The notes beneath the pieces were generated by a model that was not told the DNA's origin, did no database searches, and saw only the letters and a program-made list of their open reading frames with translations. 64,000 nucleotides of DNA from Vulcanimicrobiota bacterium (GTDB lineage: Bacteria; Vulcanimicrobiota; Xenobia; Xenobiales; JADMJV01), in NCBI GenBank assembly GCA_050250895.1, contig JBFWNU010000007.1:1-64000 (forward strand), in the 5' to 3' direction. Positions 53,482-63,998 of this stretch are shown here, piece after piece (position 1 is the first letter of the stretch; every line of letters starts with the position of its first letter). A program made the translations under genes and the position numbers.

Positions 53482-54809
53482 AGCGTCTACTGCTGGTCCT
53501 GCTGATCGGCTTGCTAGGGGTGGGGGCAGTCGCCCAGGAAGTCTCTTCTTCCTCGTCAGCAGCCAGCGTCAAGGCCGCCCGGGCCACCCCGGTGGGGCGC
53601 ACGGTGTTGCCCAACGGCCTGGTTTTGTTGGTCAACGAGGCTCCTGCCGAGGACATGGTGGCCGTCGAATTGCTGGTCAAGGTGGGCCTGGTGGACGAGC
53701 AGACGCCCACGGCCGGCATCACCAACGTCATTCAGGCCCTCATCGAGAAGCGGGTCAAAGAAGACAAGCGACTGGCCGCGAGCGGCAGCCTCTTCGAGGT
53801 GTCGACCGAGCCCGACTATGCGCGGATCAGCCTGCTAACCACCTCAGAGAACTTTCCCCAGTTGCTCGATACCCTGGGCAAAGCCATCGCTCAGCGAACC
53901 TTCGACCCGGCCAAAGTCGAAGAGGTCACCCGCGACGCGGTCAACAACCTCGAGAACCCCGGCAATGCCTACACCCAGCTCTATGGGATTTTTCGCAACG
54001 CCTTCTATCGCTACCATCCCTACCGCAAGTCCGACCGAGGGCGCAAGTTGTCGCTCGAGCGTCTCAAGCCCGGGACTCTGGCCGAGTTCTTCGACCGTTA
54101 CTACGTGCCCAATCGTATGGTCTTGTCCATTTCTGGGCGCGTCGACCGTCTGGCCGTGGTCGAGTCGGTGAAGGCCAGTTTTGGCGCCCTGGCCCCGGGC
54201 GACAGCCATGTGATCGAAGTTCCCTGGGAGGCCAAGCCGGTCGAAAAGCAGGTCAACCTCTCGACCTCGGCCGACATCGCCTGGCTCTTTATCGGGTTCC
54301 CCGGGCCCAGCGTGGCCTCGCGCGACTACATTCCCATGACTTTGGTGCACGCCATCCTGGGCGATGGTCTGTCATCGCGGCTCTTCAACGAGATCCGTGA
54401 GAAGCGCGGGTTGGCTTACGAAGTCGGGGCAACCTATCCGATCTTGCGTGGTCCCTCGCACTTTCTGACTTACGTGATCACTCGCCCCAATGACGCTGGC
54501 AAAGTGCGTCGCACGCTGCTGGCTGAGGTCGACCGCATGAAGACCGAGCGAATCACCATTACCGAGTTGGAGGCGGCCAAACGCAAGGCTACCGGTCGCT
54601 ATCTGCTGGCTCACGAAACCAACCGGGACAGGGCTCTCAAGCTGGCCGAGGCCGAGACCATCGGGCTGGGTTTTCAGTTCGATCAGAACTATCTCGAACA
54701 ACTCGAGCGGGTGACGCCAGAGGATATCCAGCGGGTCTCGACGACTTATCTGGTCGACCCTACCCTGATTGTGGCTCGACCAGGAGGGCGATTCTACCTG
54801 GACTTCTAA
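53478..54809 (+). CDS. M16 peptidase non-catalytic partner subunit
   Basis: LPNGL, SSRLFNEIREKRGLAY; no HXXEH. Confidence 0.88.
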   Translation: MKRLLLVLLIGLLGVGAVAQEVSSSSSAASVKAARATPVGRTVLPNGLVLLVNEAPAEDMVAVELLVKVGLVDEQTPTAGITNVIQALIEKRVKEDKRLAASGSLFEVSTEPDYARISLLTTSENFPQLLDTLGKAIAQRTFDPAKVEEVTRDAVNNLENPGNAYTQLYGIFRNAFYRYHPYRKSDRGRKLSLERLKPGTLAEFFDRYYVPNRMVLSISGRVDRLAVVESVKASFGALAPGDSHVIEVPWEAKPVEKQVNLSTSADIAWLFIGFPGPSVASRDYIPMTLVHAILGDGLSSRLFNEIREKRGLAYEVGATYPILRGPSHFLTYVITRPNDAGKVRRTLLAEVDRMKTERITITELEAAKRKATGRYLLAHETNRDRALKLAEAETIGLGFQFDQNYLEQLERVTPEDIQRVSTTYLVDPTLIVARPGGRFYLDF

Positions 54810-54812
54810 GTT

Positions 54813-55484
54813 GTGAGTATGTTGCGCATCGCTATCGACGGCTCGGCGGCCAGTGGTAAAACCACCGTGGCACGCTTGCTGGCCGGCATGTTGAATCTGA
54901 CCTATCTCGATACCGGAGCCATGTATCGGGCCGTCGCCTGGCGGGCTCGCCAGGACAATATCTCTTTGGATGACGAGGCGGCCCTGGCCAAACTGGCTGA
55001 AGCGCTGCCGCTCGAGATGCGCAGCGACGGCCAGGGCGGCTGCTTGGTCAAACTCGCCGGCCACGATGTGACCGAGAAGCTCTATACCCCGCAAGTGGGT
55101 CGCGACGTGCCTCAGGTGGCCTCGGTTCCCGGCGTCCGGCGGGCCATGGTGGCTCTGCAGCGGCGCCTGGCCACCAGTCAGGGCGTGGTCATGGTGGGGC
55201 GTGATATCGGCTCGGTCGTCTTGCCCGAAGCCGAACTCAAAGTCTTCTTGACTGCCGACCTCCAAGAGCGGGCCCGCCGTCGCTGGCAAGAAATGGCTGG
55301 GCAAGAGACCCTCGAGACCGTCACCTCGGACCTGGCCAGTCGCGACCAGCAAGATGAAGAGCGAGCCGACTCACCGCTGGTCTGCACCGACGACGCGGTG
55401 GCCATCGACTCGACCGGCCTGACCCCGGAGGAAATCGCCCAGCGGATCGTGGCTTTGGCGGAGGCGCGGGCTGGCCGACTTTGA
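54813..55484 (+). CDS. cmk: Cytidylate kinase
   Basis: IAIDGSAASGKTT, YLDTGAMYRA, GRDIG. Confidence 0.95.
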   Translation: MSMLRIAIDGSAASGKTTVARLLAGMLNLTYLDTGAMYRAVAWRARQDNISLDDEAALAKLAEALPLEMRSDGQGGCLVKLAGHDVTEKLYTPQVGRDVPQVASVPGVRRAMVALQRRLATSQGVVMVGRDIGSVVLPEAELKVFLTADLQERARRRWQEMAGQETLETVTSDLASRDQQDEERADSPLVCTDDAVAIDSTGLTPEEIAQRIVALAEARAGRL

Positions 55485-56088
55485 AACGACGCCCTTCACT
55501 TATCATATCGGGCGTGTTCTCTTTCGAAGCTTCCTGCTCCACCGCCCCCGGGTGGTGGGGCTTGAAAACCTGCCCGCCGACGGGCCGGGCCTGGTGGTCA
55601 GCAATCACGTTTCGTGGCTCGACCCGGTGGTCCTGGGGGCCCTGATTACCACCCGGCCCATTCATTTCATGGCCAAGCGAGAACTGTTTCGCGGTAAGCT
55701 GCTCGAGCATTTCGTCCGCACCCTGTGCGCCTTTCCCGTGGACCGCTCCCGTAGCGATCTGGGCGCCATCCGCAAGGCTGTGGCCCTGCTCAAGGCCGGT
55801 CGCCTGGTGGGTATGTTTCCCGAGGGCCACCGCAATTTCAGCGGCGTGCTGGGACCCTTCCATGACGGAGTAGCCATGCTGGCTTCGATGAGCCGGGCGC
55901 CGGTGATTCCGGTAGCCGTGGTCAACTCAAGAGCCTACTGCGAAGAGTGGACTCCTTTGGGGGTGCCGCCGGGGCCAGAGATCCGTCTGGGGCCGGCCCT
56001 GCATTGGAGTGGGGGAGGACGCCGCGAGTTTACGGCCCAGGTTCGCCAACAGGTAAGTCTGCTGCTCGAGAGAAGCACCCGCCAATGA
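55471..56088 (+). CDS. plsC: 1-acyl-sn-glycerol-3-phosphate acyltransferase
   Basis: NHVSWLD, FMAKRELF, FPEG; probable CTG start at 55471 after GGAGG. Confidence 0.85.
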   Translation: MADFETTPFTYHIGRVLFRSFLLHRPRVVGLENLPADGPGLVVSNHVSWLDPVVLGALITTRPIHFMAKRELFRGKLLEHFVRTLCAFPVDRSRSDLGAIRKAVALLKAGRLVGMFPEGHRNFSGVLGPFHDGVAMLASMSRAPVIPVAVVNSRAYCEEWTPLGVPPGPEIRLGPALHWSGGGRREFTAQVRQQVSLLLERSTRQ

Positions 56089-57218
56089 ACCTTTCACTGG
56101 GGGGCCTGAGCCCCCAACAGTTTCTCGAGCAGTATTGGCAGAAGAAGCCGCTCTTGATCCGGCAGGCTTTTGCCGGCTTCTCGTCGCCGGTCGGGGCCGA
56201 TGAGCTGGCTGGGCTGGCCTGCGAAGCCGAGGTCCGCTCGCGCATGATTTTCGAACGGGGCGGAGAGCGGCCCTGGGAGCTGCGCCACGGCCCTTTCGAT
56301 GAAGACGACTTTAGCGATCTGGGCGACCAGTACTGGACTCTGCTCGTTCAAGAAGTCGACCGCCATGTACCGGCCGTGGCCGACCTGGCGGACGCCTTTG
56401 CCTGTCTGCCCGAATGGCGCAAGGCTGACGTGATGATCAGCTTCGCCTCGAACCACGGAGGAGTGGGGCCCCACATTGATAGTTACGATGTCTTTCTGTT
56501 GCAAGGGTCGGGCCGTCGGCGCTGGGAGATCGCTCCAGCCGGTTCGGCCAGCCAGTGGGTGGATGGCCTGGATATCCAGGTTCTAGCCGATTTTGAAGCC
56601 ACCGAGAGCTGGGAACTCGAGCCGGGCGATATGCTCTATCTGCCGCCGGGAGTGCCCCACAACGGGGTGGCCCTCGAGCCCTGTCTGACCTACTCCTTCG
56701 GTTTTCTGGCTCCCACCCGGGGTGCGATGCAGGCTGACCTGTCGGCCTTTCTCGAGAGTCTGGGTCGGGTCACCCGGTATAGCGATCCCGACCTTGTAGT
56801 AGCCGAACATCCCGCCCTGCTCGACCGCGCTGCCCTGGCCCGTCTGCGCAACCTGGTCGGTCAGGCAGAGGTGTCGGACCGCGAGTTTGTTACCTGGGCG
56901 GGATGTTTTCTCACCCGCCCGGGCCGCCCTAACCTGGGCGAACCCGAAGAGTTTTCTGGCGAGGATTTTGACGAGCTCTTCGCCGGACCAGGACTGATGC
57001 GTCGCAGCGAGGCTGTGCGCTGGGCCTTTCATCCCCTCGGGGACACGGCCTTGCTGTTTGTCGACGGCGGCTGCTACGAGGGGCCGGTGGAGAGCGTGCG
57101 ACGCCTGACCGGTCAACGGACCTTCAGCCTGGTCGATCGCCAGTCGCTGCAAACCGTGGCCGGCCTATTGGCCGAGCTCTATGCGCGCGAATATCTCTAT
57201 TTTCTGGAGGGCGCGTGA
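56085..57218 (+). CDS. roxA: JmjC/cupin ribosomal protein uL16 hydroxylase (YcfD/RoxA-like)
   Basis: FLEQYWQKKPLLIR, GPHIDSYDVFLLQG, LEPGDMLYLPPG..H. Confidence 0.85.
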   Translation: MNLSLGGLSPQQFLEQYWQKKPLLIRQAFAGFSSPVGADELAGLACEAEVRSRMIFERGGERPWELRHGPFDEDDFSDLGDQYWTLLVQEVDRHVPAVADLADAFACLPEWRKADVMISFASNHGGVGPHIDSYDVFLLQGSGRRRWEIAPAGSASQWVDGLDIQVLADFEATESWELEPGDMLYLPPGVPHNGVALEPCLTYSFGFLAPTRGAMQADLSAFLESLGRVTRYSDPDLVVAEHPALLDRAALARLRNLVGQAEVSDREFVTWAGCFLTRPGRPNLGEPEEFSGEDFDELFAGPGLMRRSEAVRWAFHPLGDTALLFVDGGCYEGPVESVRRLTGQRTFSLVDRQSLQTVAGLLAELYAREYLYFLEGA

Positions 57219-58543
57219 GAAGAGAACTACCCGTGGTGACCATCGTGGGTCGACCCAACGTGGGCAAGTCGGCCCTGTTCAACCGACTGATCGGTCGCCG
57301 CAAGTCCATCGTGGCCGATCAACCGGGAGTTACCCGCGACCGCATCTATTCCGAGTGCGAGTGGAACGGAACGACGTTCCTGCTGGCCGACACCGGGGGG
57401 ATCGACCCCCAGGACCCCGACATTCTCCGTCGTCAGGTTTTCGAACAAGCCAATCGCGCCATGGAGGAGTCGGCCCTGTTGCTGTTGGTGGTAGACGGCC
57501 AACTGGGCATTCACGCTCTCGACGAAGAGGTGGCCAGCCTGCTGCGCAGTAGCGCCAAGCCGGTCATTCTGGTGGTCAACAAGACCGAGAGCCCCAAGGA
57601 CGAAGCCGACCACTACCAGTTCTACGCTCTGGGCCTGGGGGATCCCGTGGCCATCTCGGCCATTCACGGCACCAACACCGGCGATCTGCTCGACGCCGTG
57701 GTGGCGCATGTCCAGAGCGACGCCCCGCCGCCGGACCACGACGACATCAGCATCGCCCTGGTCGGGCGCCCCAATGTGGGCAAGTCGTCGTTACTCAATC
57801 GCATCCTGGGCGAGGAGCGCAGCCTGGTGCACGACGAAGCCGGAACCACCCGCGACACCGTGGACACCTTCCTCGACTTCGAGGGCAATTCCATCTGTCT
57901 GCTCGACACCGCCGGACTGCGTCGCAAGGGCAAGGTCACCGACGAGGTGGAGTATTACAGCTCGGTGCGGGCCATGGACACCATCAAGCGGGCCCACGTC
58001 GGCATTCTGGTGCTTGACGCACAAGAGAGCGTGGTGGCCCAGGACAAGCGGATTGCCGGGCAGCTTCAAGAGGCTGGTCTGGCTAGTCTGGTGCTGATCA
58101 ATAAGTGGGACCTGGTGGCCGATAAAGGCACCGGTCAGCAACTCGAGCGCTGGAAGCAAGACTTTGCCGAGATGCTCAGCCGCGAGCTCGACTTCATCTC
58201 GTATGCTCCCATGCTGTATGTTTCGGCCAAGACGGGGCACGGCTGCGAACAGATCCTGCCGGCCGCCCTCGAAGTCCACCAGGAGTGGTCGCGCCGCGTC
58301 CCCACGCCGGTCCTCAACCAGGTGGTACATGAGGCGGTGGCCCTGCGTCCGCCGCCCAGCTATAAGGGCGACTCTCTCAAAGTCTTCTATGTCTCGCAGC
58401 GTCGCTCGGGACCTCCCACCTTTTTGTTGAAGGTCAATTCACCAAAGTTGGTGCATTTCTCATATCAGCGCTATCTCGAGAATCAGATTCGTCAGGCTTT
58501 CGGGTTTGTGGGCGCGCCAATCGTTTTGAAGTTTGTGAGGTAA
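57215..58543 (+). CDS. der: Ribosome biogenesis GTPase Der (EngA)
   Basis: Two GRPNVGKS G domains; C-terminal KH-like domain YQRYLENQIR. Confidence 0.97.
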   Translation: MRRELPVVTIVGRPNVGKSALFNRLIGRRKSIVADQPGVTRDRIYSECEWNGTTFLLADTGGIDPQDPDILRRQVFEQANRAMEESALLLLVVDGQLGIHALDEEVASLLRSSAKPVILVVNKTESPKDEADHYQFYALGLGDPVAISAIHGTNTGDLLDAVVAHVQSDAPPPDHDDISIALVGRPNVGKSSLLNRILGEERSLVHDEAGTTRDTVDTFLDFEGNSICLLDTAGLRRKGKVTDEVEYYSSVRAMDTIKRAHVGILVLDAQESVVAQDKRIAGQLQEAGLASLVLINKWDLVADKGTGQQLERWKQDFAEMLSRELDFISYAPMLYVSAKTGHGCEQILPAALEVHQEWSRRVPTPVLNQVVHEAVALRPPPSYKGDSLKVFYVSQRRSGPPTFLLKVNSPKLVHFSYQRYLENQIRQAFGFVGAPIVLKFVR

Positions 58544-58545
58544 TT

Positions 58546-59154
58546 GTGTTTCCACTCTGGACCATCGCACTACTGGTCGTCTGCTATCTACTGGGTTCGA
58601 TCCCCTCGGGCATCCTGGTGGCTCGCCGAAGCGGCGTCGAATTGAGCCAACACGGTAGCGGCAACACCGGGGCAGCCAACGCATATCGGGCCCTGGGGGC
58701 CAAGGGAGGCCTGCTCGTGTTGGCTATGGACCTCTTTAAGGGCTCGCTAGCGGTCTTGCTGGCTCACCTGGCTATCATGCCCGCTTTCTTGATGCCCGCC
58801 GTCAAAGCGGTCTTCGGATTGGTGGCCATTCTGGGACACAACTACTCGGTGTTTCGGCGCTTCAAAGGTGGCAAAGGCATCGCCACTACCTTTGGGGTGG
58901 TCCTGATCATGGCGCCCCGAGTGGCTGTGCTGGCCTTCTTGCTGTGGCTCGCCATGGTGGCCCTGACCCGTTACAGTTCGGTCGGCTCGCTCACCGCCAT
59001 GGCCTCTCTTCCTATCTTGATGGCCCTGGAAGGTCACTCGCTGTTTTATATTCTGTTTGGTTTCGCCGCCGCTGCCCTGGCTTTCTACAAGCACCGAGAG
59101 AACATCGAGCGGTTGCGGCAGGGGACCGAACTCAAGCTAACGCAGAAGAACTAG
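58546..59154 (+). CDS. plsY: Glycerol-3-phosphate acyltransferase PlsY
   Basis: YLLGSIP, GSGNTGAAN, GHNYS, FKGGKG, HRENI. Confidence 0.95.
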   Translation: MFPLWTIALLVVCYLLGSIPSGILVARRSGVELSQHGSGNTGAANAYRALGAKGGLLVLAMDLFKGSLAVLLAHLAIMPAFLMPAVKAVFGLVAILGHNYSVFRRFKGGKGIATTFGVVLIMAPRVAVLAFLLWLAMVALTRYSSVGSLTAMASLPILMALEGHSLFYILFGFAAAALAFYKHRENIERLRQGTELKLTQKN

Positions 59155-59333
59155 GATCCCTTCCTATAGGCCTCGGGAGCCTCTGGATTTGAGGCGGGGG
59201 CAGGGAGGGAGTGCCCGCTGATTCGGATAATACCGAGGGGTATTTTTGCATCACCGGTGTGGTTCGGACGCGGCGGTAGGGCGCCAGACGGGGTTCGGCC
59301 GCGCACCACCTCAGGAGTCTTAAGGAGCAACGA

Positions 59334-60455
59334 ATGATCGAGATTGAAAGCTTACGAGGTCTACTCGACCAGGTCCTTACCGTATCGGTTCGCGAGAAGG
59401 CCTCCGACGTTTACATCAAGGCCGGCAAGACCCCGATGCTACGCATCGAGGGACACCTCATTCCCATCGAATGTGCCGCCCTCACCCCCGAGATGACCGA
59501 GCATCTGGCCTACACCATCATGCCCCAGCATCAGAAAGAGAAGTTTGAACAACAATGGGCCGACGCCAACTTCGTCTACAACATCGAAAGCATCGGCCGC
59601 TTCCGTGTCAACGCCTATCGGCAGAAGAGTTCGGTGGCGATGGTGATGCGACGCGTCGAAGACGAGATTCTCGATTTCTCGATGCTGGGTCTGCCCGAGG
59701 TGCTGGCTCAACTGGCCATGCAGAAGCGTGGCCTGGTGCTGGTGACCGGCCCCACCGGTTCCGGTAAGTCGACCTCGTTGGCCTCGATGATCAAGTATCG
59801 CAAAGACAACGCCACCGGTCACATCGTCACCATCGAAGACCCCATCGAGTATCTGCACGAAGATGAAGAGACGTGCATCGTCAGCCAGCGTGAGATCGGT
59901 CACGACGTCATGTCCTTCCGCGAAGGTCTCGAGAGCGCGGTGCGTCAGGCTCCCGACGTGTTGCTGGTCGGTGAGATGCGTGACGTGGCTTCGGTGCAAT
60001 CGGCGGTATACTTCGCCGAAACCGGTCACCTCGTGCTCTCGACCCTGCACGCCAACAACGCCTACCAGACCATCGAGCGCGTGTTGCAGTTCTTTCCTGA
60101 GGACATGCAGACGGCGGTGTTGGCTCAGCTTTCTTTGAACCTGCGGGGCATCGTGGCTCAGCGCCTCATCCCGGGTATCGACGGCAAGCGCGTGGTAGCA
60201 GTCGAGGTGCTGATCGGTAACGCTCGTATGGCCGAGCTGATTCGAGCCGGCAGCTTGACCCAGATGAAGCGCGAGCTCGACCAGTTTCACCCCGAGGGTA
60301 TGCAGAGCTTTGACCACTCTTTGCTCAAGCTTTATCGCGAGGGACGCATCACGGCCGAAGAAGCGATGCGCAACTCTGACAACGCCAACGACATGCGACT
60401 CAAGCTCAAGAGCATCCCCGTTACCATCACTGGCGACGAAGAGCGCTACGAATAG
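59334..60455 (+). CDS. pilU: PilT/PilU-family type IV pilus ATPase
   Basis: GPTGSGKST, TIEDPIE, VGEMRD, ETGHLVLSTLHAN, GMQSFD. Confidence 0.85.
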   Translation: MIEIESLRGLLDQVLTVSVREKASDVYIKAGKTPMLRIEGHLIPIECAALTPEMTEHLAYTIMPQHQKEKFEQQWADANFVYNIESIGRFRVNAYRQKSSVAMVMRRVEDEILDFSMLGLPEVLAQLAMQKRGLVLVTGPTGSGKSTSLASMIKYRKDNATGHIVTIEDPIEYLHEDEETCIVSQREIGHDVMSFREGLESAVRQAPDVLLVGEMRDVASVQSAVYFAETGHLVLSTLHANNAYQTIERVLQFFPEDMQTAVLAQLSLNLRGIVAQRLIPGIDGKRVVAVEVLIGNARMAELIRAGSLTQMKRELDQFHPEGMQSFDHSLLKLYREGRITAEEAMRNSDNANDMRLKLKSIPVTITGDEERYE

Positions 60456-60472
60456 CCGCGAAAGGAACCTCC

Positions 60473-61087
60473 ATGGACCAGGAGCCGAGGGCCAAGGAAC
60501 TCATTCACGAACGCGGCACCCCACTGCCCACGCGGGTTCGCGACGGACAGTTCGAAGAGGAGCACCTGGTCCTCGAAGGGCTGCGAGTGCCGTGGGGTGA
60601 TGTCTATTTCATGGCTCTGGGCATCATCGATCAGGTCGTCAAAGACAACGATGGTCCCAAAGGCGTCTTTCGCAAGATGATGGGCAAGGCCATGGGCAAG
60701 GACGACGATAGCAAGTCGTCTAACCGCGGCCGTCAAGTGTCCGAGATCTACATCCTCGACATCTTTATCGAGGGCTACGAGCAGGCCTTTCGTTTCGATT
60801 CGGGGGCCGTCAACTATCGTCAGTTTCTCGACGAAGTCGGCTATATCTCGATGCACAACTTCTTCAAGTTCTGTGTGCATCTGGCCCGCCGCACCAACCA
60901 GGCCCGCTTCGACCAGTCATTGGTCGGCTTTTTAGCTCGGCGCCGCGAGCAGGTGCGCCACTACGACGCCATCTACGATTTTGAACTCGAGCTGCAGTCT
61001 CTTGTCGACAAACTCGAAGAGCAGGCCGAGCAGCAGAACGTGGATCTCAGTCGGGACAGTTGGATGGACGAGTGGAGTGACTGGTAA
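60473..61087 (+). CDS. Hypothetical protein
   Basis: 204-aa ORF with AAGGA SD, in operon context. Confidence 0.75.
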   Translation: MDQEPRAKELIHERGTPLPTRVRDGQFEEEHLVLEGLRVPWGDVYFMALGIIDQVVKDNDGPKGVFRKMMGKAMGKDDDSKSSNRGRQVSEIYILDIFIEGYEQAFRFDSGAVNYRQFLDEVGYISMHNFFKFCVHLARRTNQARFDQSLVGFLARRREQVRHYDAIYDFELELQSLVDKLEEQAEQQNVDLSRDSWMDEWSDW

Positions 61088-61385
61088 CCGCCTTTCGCCC
61101 CAAGAGGTCGACCATGTCGCTCATCTGGCCCGACTAGAGATCACTGCGGCCGAGCGAGAGAGCTTCTGCGACCAGCTCGGCGAAGTGCTCGGCTACGTCA
61201 ACAAGCTGCAAGAGTTGGCCACCGACGAAATTGCGGCCACCCTCGGAGTGCAGCCCCAGCCTAACGTTTTTCGCGAGGATGTGGCGCTCGAGCCGATGGC
61301 TCAGGACCAGGCGCTATCCAACGCTCCCCAGGCCCAGAACGGCGGCTTTCGCATCCCGCGCATCCTTAAAGGAGACGAATCGTGA
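61077..61385 (+). CDS. gatC: Asp/Glu-tRNA amidotransferase subunit C
   Basis: VDHVAHLARL, FREDV, LSNAP, FRIPRI; precedes gatA. Confidence 0.9.
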   Translation: MTGNRLSPQEVDHVAHLARLEITAAERESFCDQLGEVLGYVNKLQELATDEIAATLGVQPQPNVFREDVALEPMAQDQALSNAPQAQNGGFRIPRILKGDES

Positions 61386-62836
61386 AGACTCTCGCCGCTC
61401 AGGCGACGGCCGTCGCCAGCGGCCAGACGTCAGCCCGTGACCTGCTCGAAAGCTATCTCGACGGGTTCGTCGAGAACGAAGAGCGTTTGCACTGCTTCCT
61501 TAGCTACGATCTCGAGGCGGCCCGGGCCCAGGCTGCCGCCATCGACCAGCGGGTGGCTCAAGGCGAGAAGGTCGGCCCCCTGGCCGGTATTCCGATTGCG
61601 CTCAAGGACAACATCTGCGTTGCCGGTCGAACCACCACCTGCGGCTCGAGAATGCTCGAACAGTTCGTGCCCCCCTATGATGCCACCGTCTGGGAGCGCC
61701 TGCGGGGGGCCGGCGCGGTGCTGGTGGGCAAGACGAATCTCGACGAATTCGCCATGGGCTCATCCACCGAGAACTCGGCTTTCGGCCCCACTCGCAACCC
61801 ATGGGACACGACCCGTGTCCCGGGCGGCTCGAGTGGGGGGTCGGCCGCCGCTGTGGCCGCAGGGCTGGTGCCGGTGTCGCTGGGATCAGACACCGGTGGC
61901 TCCATCCGCCAGCCTGCTTCTTTCTGCGGCGTGACCGGGTTCAAGCCGACCTACGGGCGCGTATCCCGCTTCGGCCTGGTAGCTTTCGCCTCGTCTCTGG
62001 ATCAGATCGGGCCCCTGGCTCGCTCGGCCGAAGACTGCCGCTATCTCTACGCGGTCATCGCCGGGCATGACCCGCGCGACTCCACCTCGGCTCCCCAGGC
62101 GGTCGAGGTCGCTTGCGATGGCGACCTCACGGGGCTTCGCATCGGTGTGCCCGAGGCCACTCTGGCAGGTCTGTCGGCGGCCAACCGCGAGGCCTTCGAG
62201 CAGGGCAGGGCCCAGTTTGCCAAGCTCGGGGTCACCCTCCATCCCATCGACCTGCCGCATCTCGACTACTCCCTGGCCGCCTACTACGTCATCGCGCCGG
62301 CCGAGGCATCCTCGAACCTGGCTCGCTACGACGGCGTTCGCTACGGCTTTCGAGCCTCTGGGGCCGAAGACGTGCTGGAGATGTTCAAGAAAAGTCGGGC
62401 CCAGGGCTTTGGGGCCGAAGTCAAGCGGCGCATCATGCTGGGCACCTACACTCTGTCTTCGGGCTACTACGACGCCTATTATCTCAAGGCCCAGAAGACT
62501 CGAACCGTGCTGCGGAGCGACTTCGAGCGGGCCTTCGAGAGCGTCGACCTGGTGCTGATGCCCACCACTCCCACGACTGCTTTTAGCCTCGGTGAAAAGT
62601 CCTCCGATCCCCTCGAGATGTATCTCTCGGACATCTATACCGTGGTGGCCAACCTGGTCGGTTTACCGTCTCTAGTGGTCCCCGGCCCCCTGGTTGACGG
62701 CTTACCTTACGGCCTGCAGCTGTTGGGGCCGGCCTGGAGCGAAGAACGCCTGCTCAACGCCGGCATCGCCTTCCAGGCTAACACCGACTACCACACGGCC
62801 CTCCCTTCATCCCTGGTCCTGGCCACCGACGAGTAA
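61382..62836 (+). CDS. gatA: Asp/Glu-tRNA amidotransferase subunit A
   Basis: [44 protein letters not shown]. Confidence 0.97.
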   Translation: MKTLAAQATAVASGQTSARDLLESYLDGFVENEERLHCFLSYDLEAARAQAAAIDQRVAQGEKVGPLAGIPIALKDNICVAGRTTTCGSRMLEQFVPPYDATVWERLRGAGAVLVGKTNLDEFAMGSSTENSAFGPTRNPWDTTRVPGGSSGGSAAAVAAGLVPVSLGSDTGGSIRQPASFCGVTGFKPTYGRVSRFGLVAFASSLDQIGPLARSAEDCRYLYAVIAGHDPRDSTSAPQAVEVACDGDLTGLRIGVPEATLAGLSAANREAFEQGRAQFAKLGVTLHPIDLPHLDYSLAAYYVIAPAEASSNLARYDGVRYGFRASGAEDVLEMFKKSRAQGFGAEVKRRIMLGTYTLSSGYYDAYYLKAQKTRTVLRSDFERAFESVDLVLMPTTPTTAFSLGEKSSDPLEMYLSDIYTVVANLVGLPSLVVPGPLVDGLPYGLQLLGPAWSEERLLNAGIAFQANTDYHTALPSSLVLATDE

Positions 62837-62860
62837 CACCCAGGCCAACATCGTTCCCTT

Positions 62861-63038
62861 CGCGGCTTCGCCGCGCCCGAGTTAACGACGCAAAGCGTCG
62901 ACCAAATCTAAAACCCGAGGTGAGCCAAAGCGAACCTCGCTCCCCTCTCCGCGCAGCGGCTCCCCTCTCCCCGGCGAAGCCAGGGGCTCCCATCTCGACG
63001 ACGCAGTCGTCGCTCCCTTCTCGCTGGCGAAGCCAGCG
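62861..63038. repeat. Intergenic hairpin array with constant CTCCCNTCT linkers (REP/BIME-like)
   Basis: Four CTCCCNTCT linkers, each followed by a different GC stem with a c(GNA)g triloop; further palindromes upstream. Confidence 0.65.
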
Positions 63039-63998
63039 CTAGTCAGGAAAGGGAATCCCCTGGCTGGCCAGGTCCTCCTGGTTGTGAGCCCGGTCATGGA
63101 GTTCTTGGAGGGTGATGTGGCCGGCCTCGTAGTGCGAGACCAGCGACTGATCCATGGTGACCATGCCCTGCTCGCGGCCCGTCTGGATGGCGCTCAGAAT
63201 TTGATTGGATTTGCCCTCGCGGATGAGGTAGCCCAGGCTGGGGCTGCCGAGTAGCAGTTCGCCGGCGGCGATACGTCCGGGGCCTTCGGCACGCAGGCAG
63301 AGCTGCTGGGCCAACACGCCGCGCAGGGTATCGGCCAGAATCAGCTGGACCTGGGATTGCTCTTCGGGAGGAAAGACATCGACGATGCGGCTGATGGCCT
63401 TGGCCGCGTTGTGGGTGTGCAGGGTGCAGAACACCAGCATGCCCATCTCGGCCGCCTGCAGCGCCAGCCGGATCGTCTCGAGGTCGCGCAACTCGCCCAG
63501 CATCAATACATCGATGTCTTCGCGCAGGGCGTCGCGCAAGCCCTGGCGGAACGAGGGGGTGTGCAGGCCGACTTCGCGTTGCACGATCAGCGACGTGTCG
63601 GATTCGAGGATGAACTCGATCGGGTTCTCGATGGTCAGGATGTGGAGAGGATGCCGGTCGGCCAGGCTCTTGACCAGCGAGGCCAGAGTGGTACTCTTGC
63701 CCGAACCGGTGGGGCCGGTCACAATCACCAGTCCGTGTCCGAAGTCGACAAATTCGCCGAGCGCCGGGGGAAGGTGCAGATCGTCGAGCTCGGGCACGTG
63801 GGTGGGGATGCAGCGGCAGACGGCTCCCAGGCCGGTACGCTGGCGATAGATGTTGACGCGAAAACGGCCGATTTTCTCGAGACCATAAGAGACATCGAGG
63901 TCGCCTGTCTGCAAGAACGACTCGAGGCCTTTTTCGCCCGCTACGGTCCGGACCATATCCATCAAGAATTCGCGGTCGGGGGGATGATGGGTGGAGGG
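63039..63998 (-). CDS. pilT: PilT-family type IV pilus retraction ATPase (5' end outside the window)
   Basis: GRFRVNIY, GPTGSGKST, QREVG, GELRD, TLHT, GMVTMD; frame open to the window edge. Confidence 0.88.
   Translation of the reverse strand, partial: PSTHHPPDREFLMDMVRTVAGEKGLESFLQTGDLDVSYGLEKIGRFRVNIYRQRTGLGAVCRCIPTHVPELDDLHLPPALGEFVDFGHGLVIVTGPTGSGKSTTLASLVKSLADRHPLHILTIENPIEFILESDTSLIVQREVGLHTPSFRQGLRDALREDIDVLMLGELRDLETIRLALQAAEMGMLVFCTLHTHNAAKAISRIVDVFPPEEQSQVQLILADTLRGVLAQQLCLRAEGPGRIAAGELLLGSPSLGYLIREGKSNQILSAIQTGREQGMVTMDQSLVSHYEAGHITLQELHDRAHNQEDLASQGIPFPD

Noticed and set aside
61077-62836. gatB missing after gatCA
   Set aside because: gatB is often unlinked, so absence from the window is uninformative
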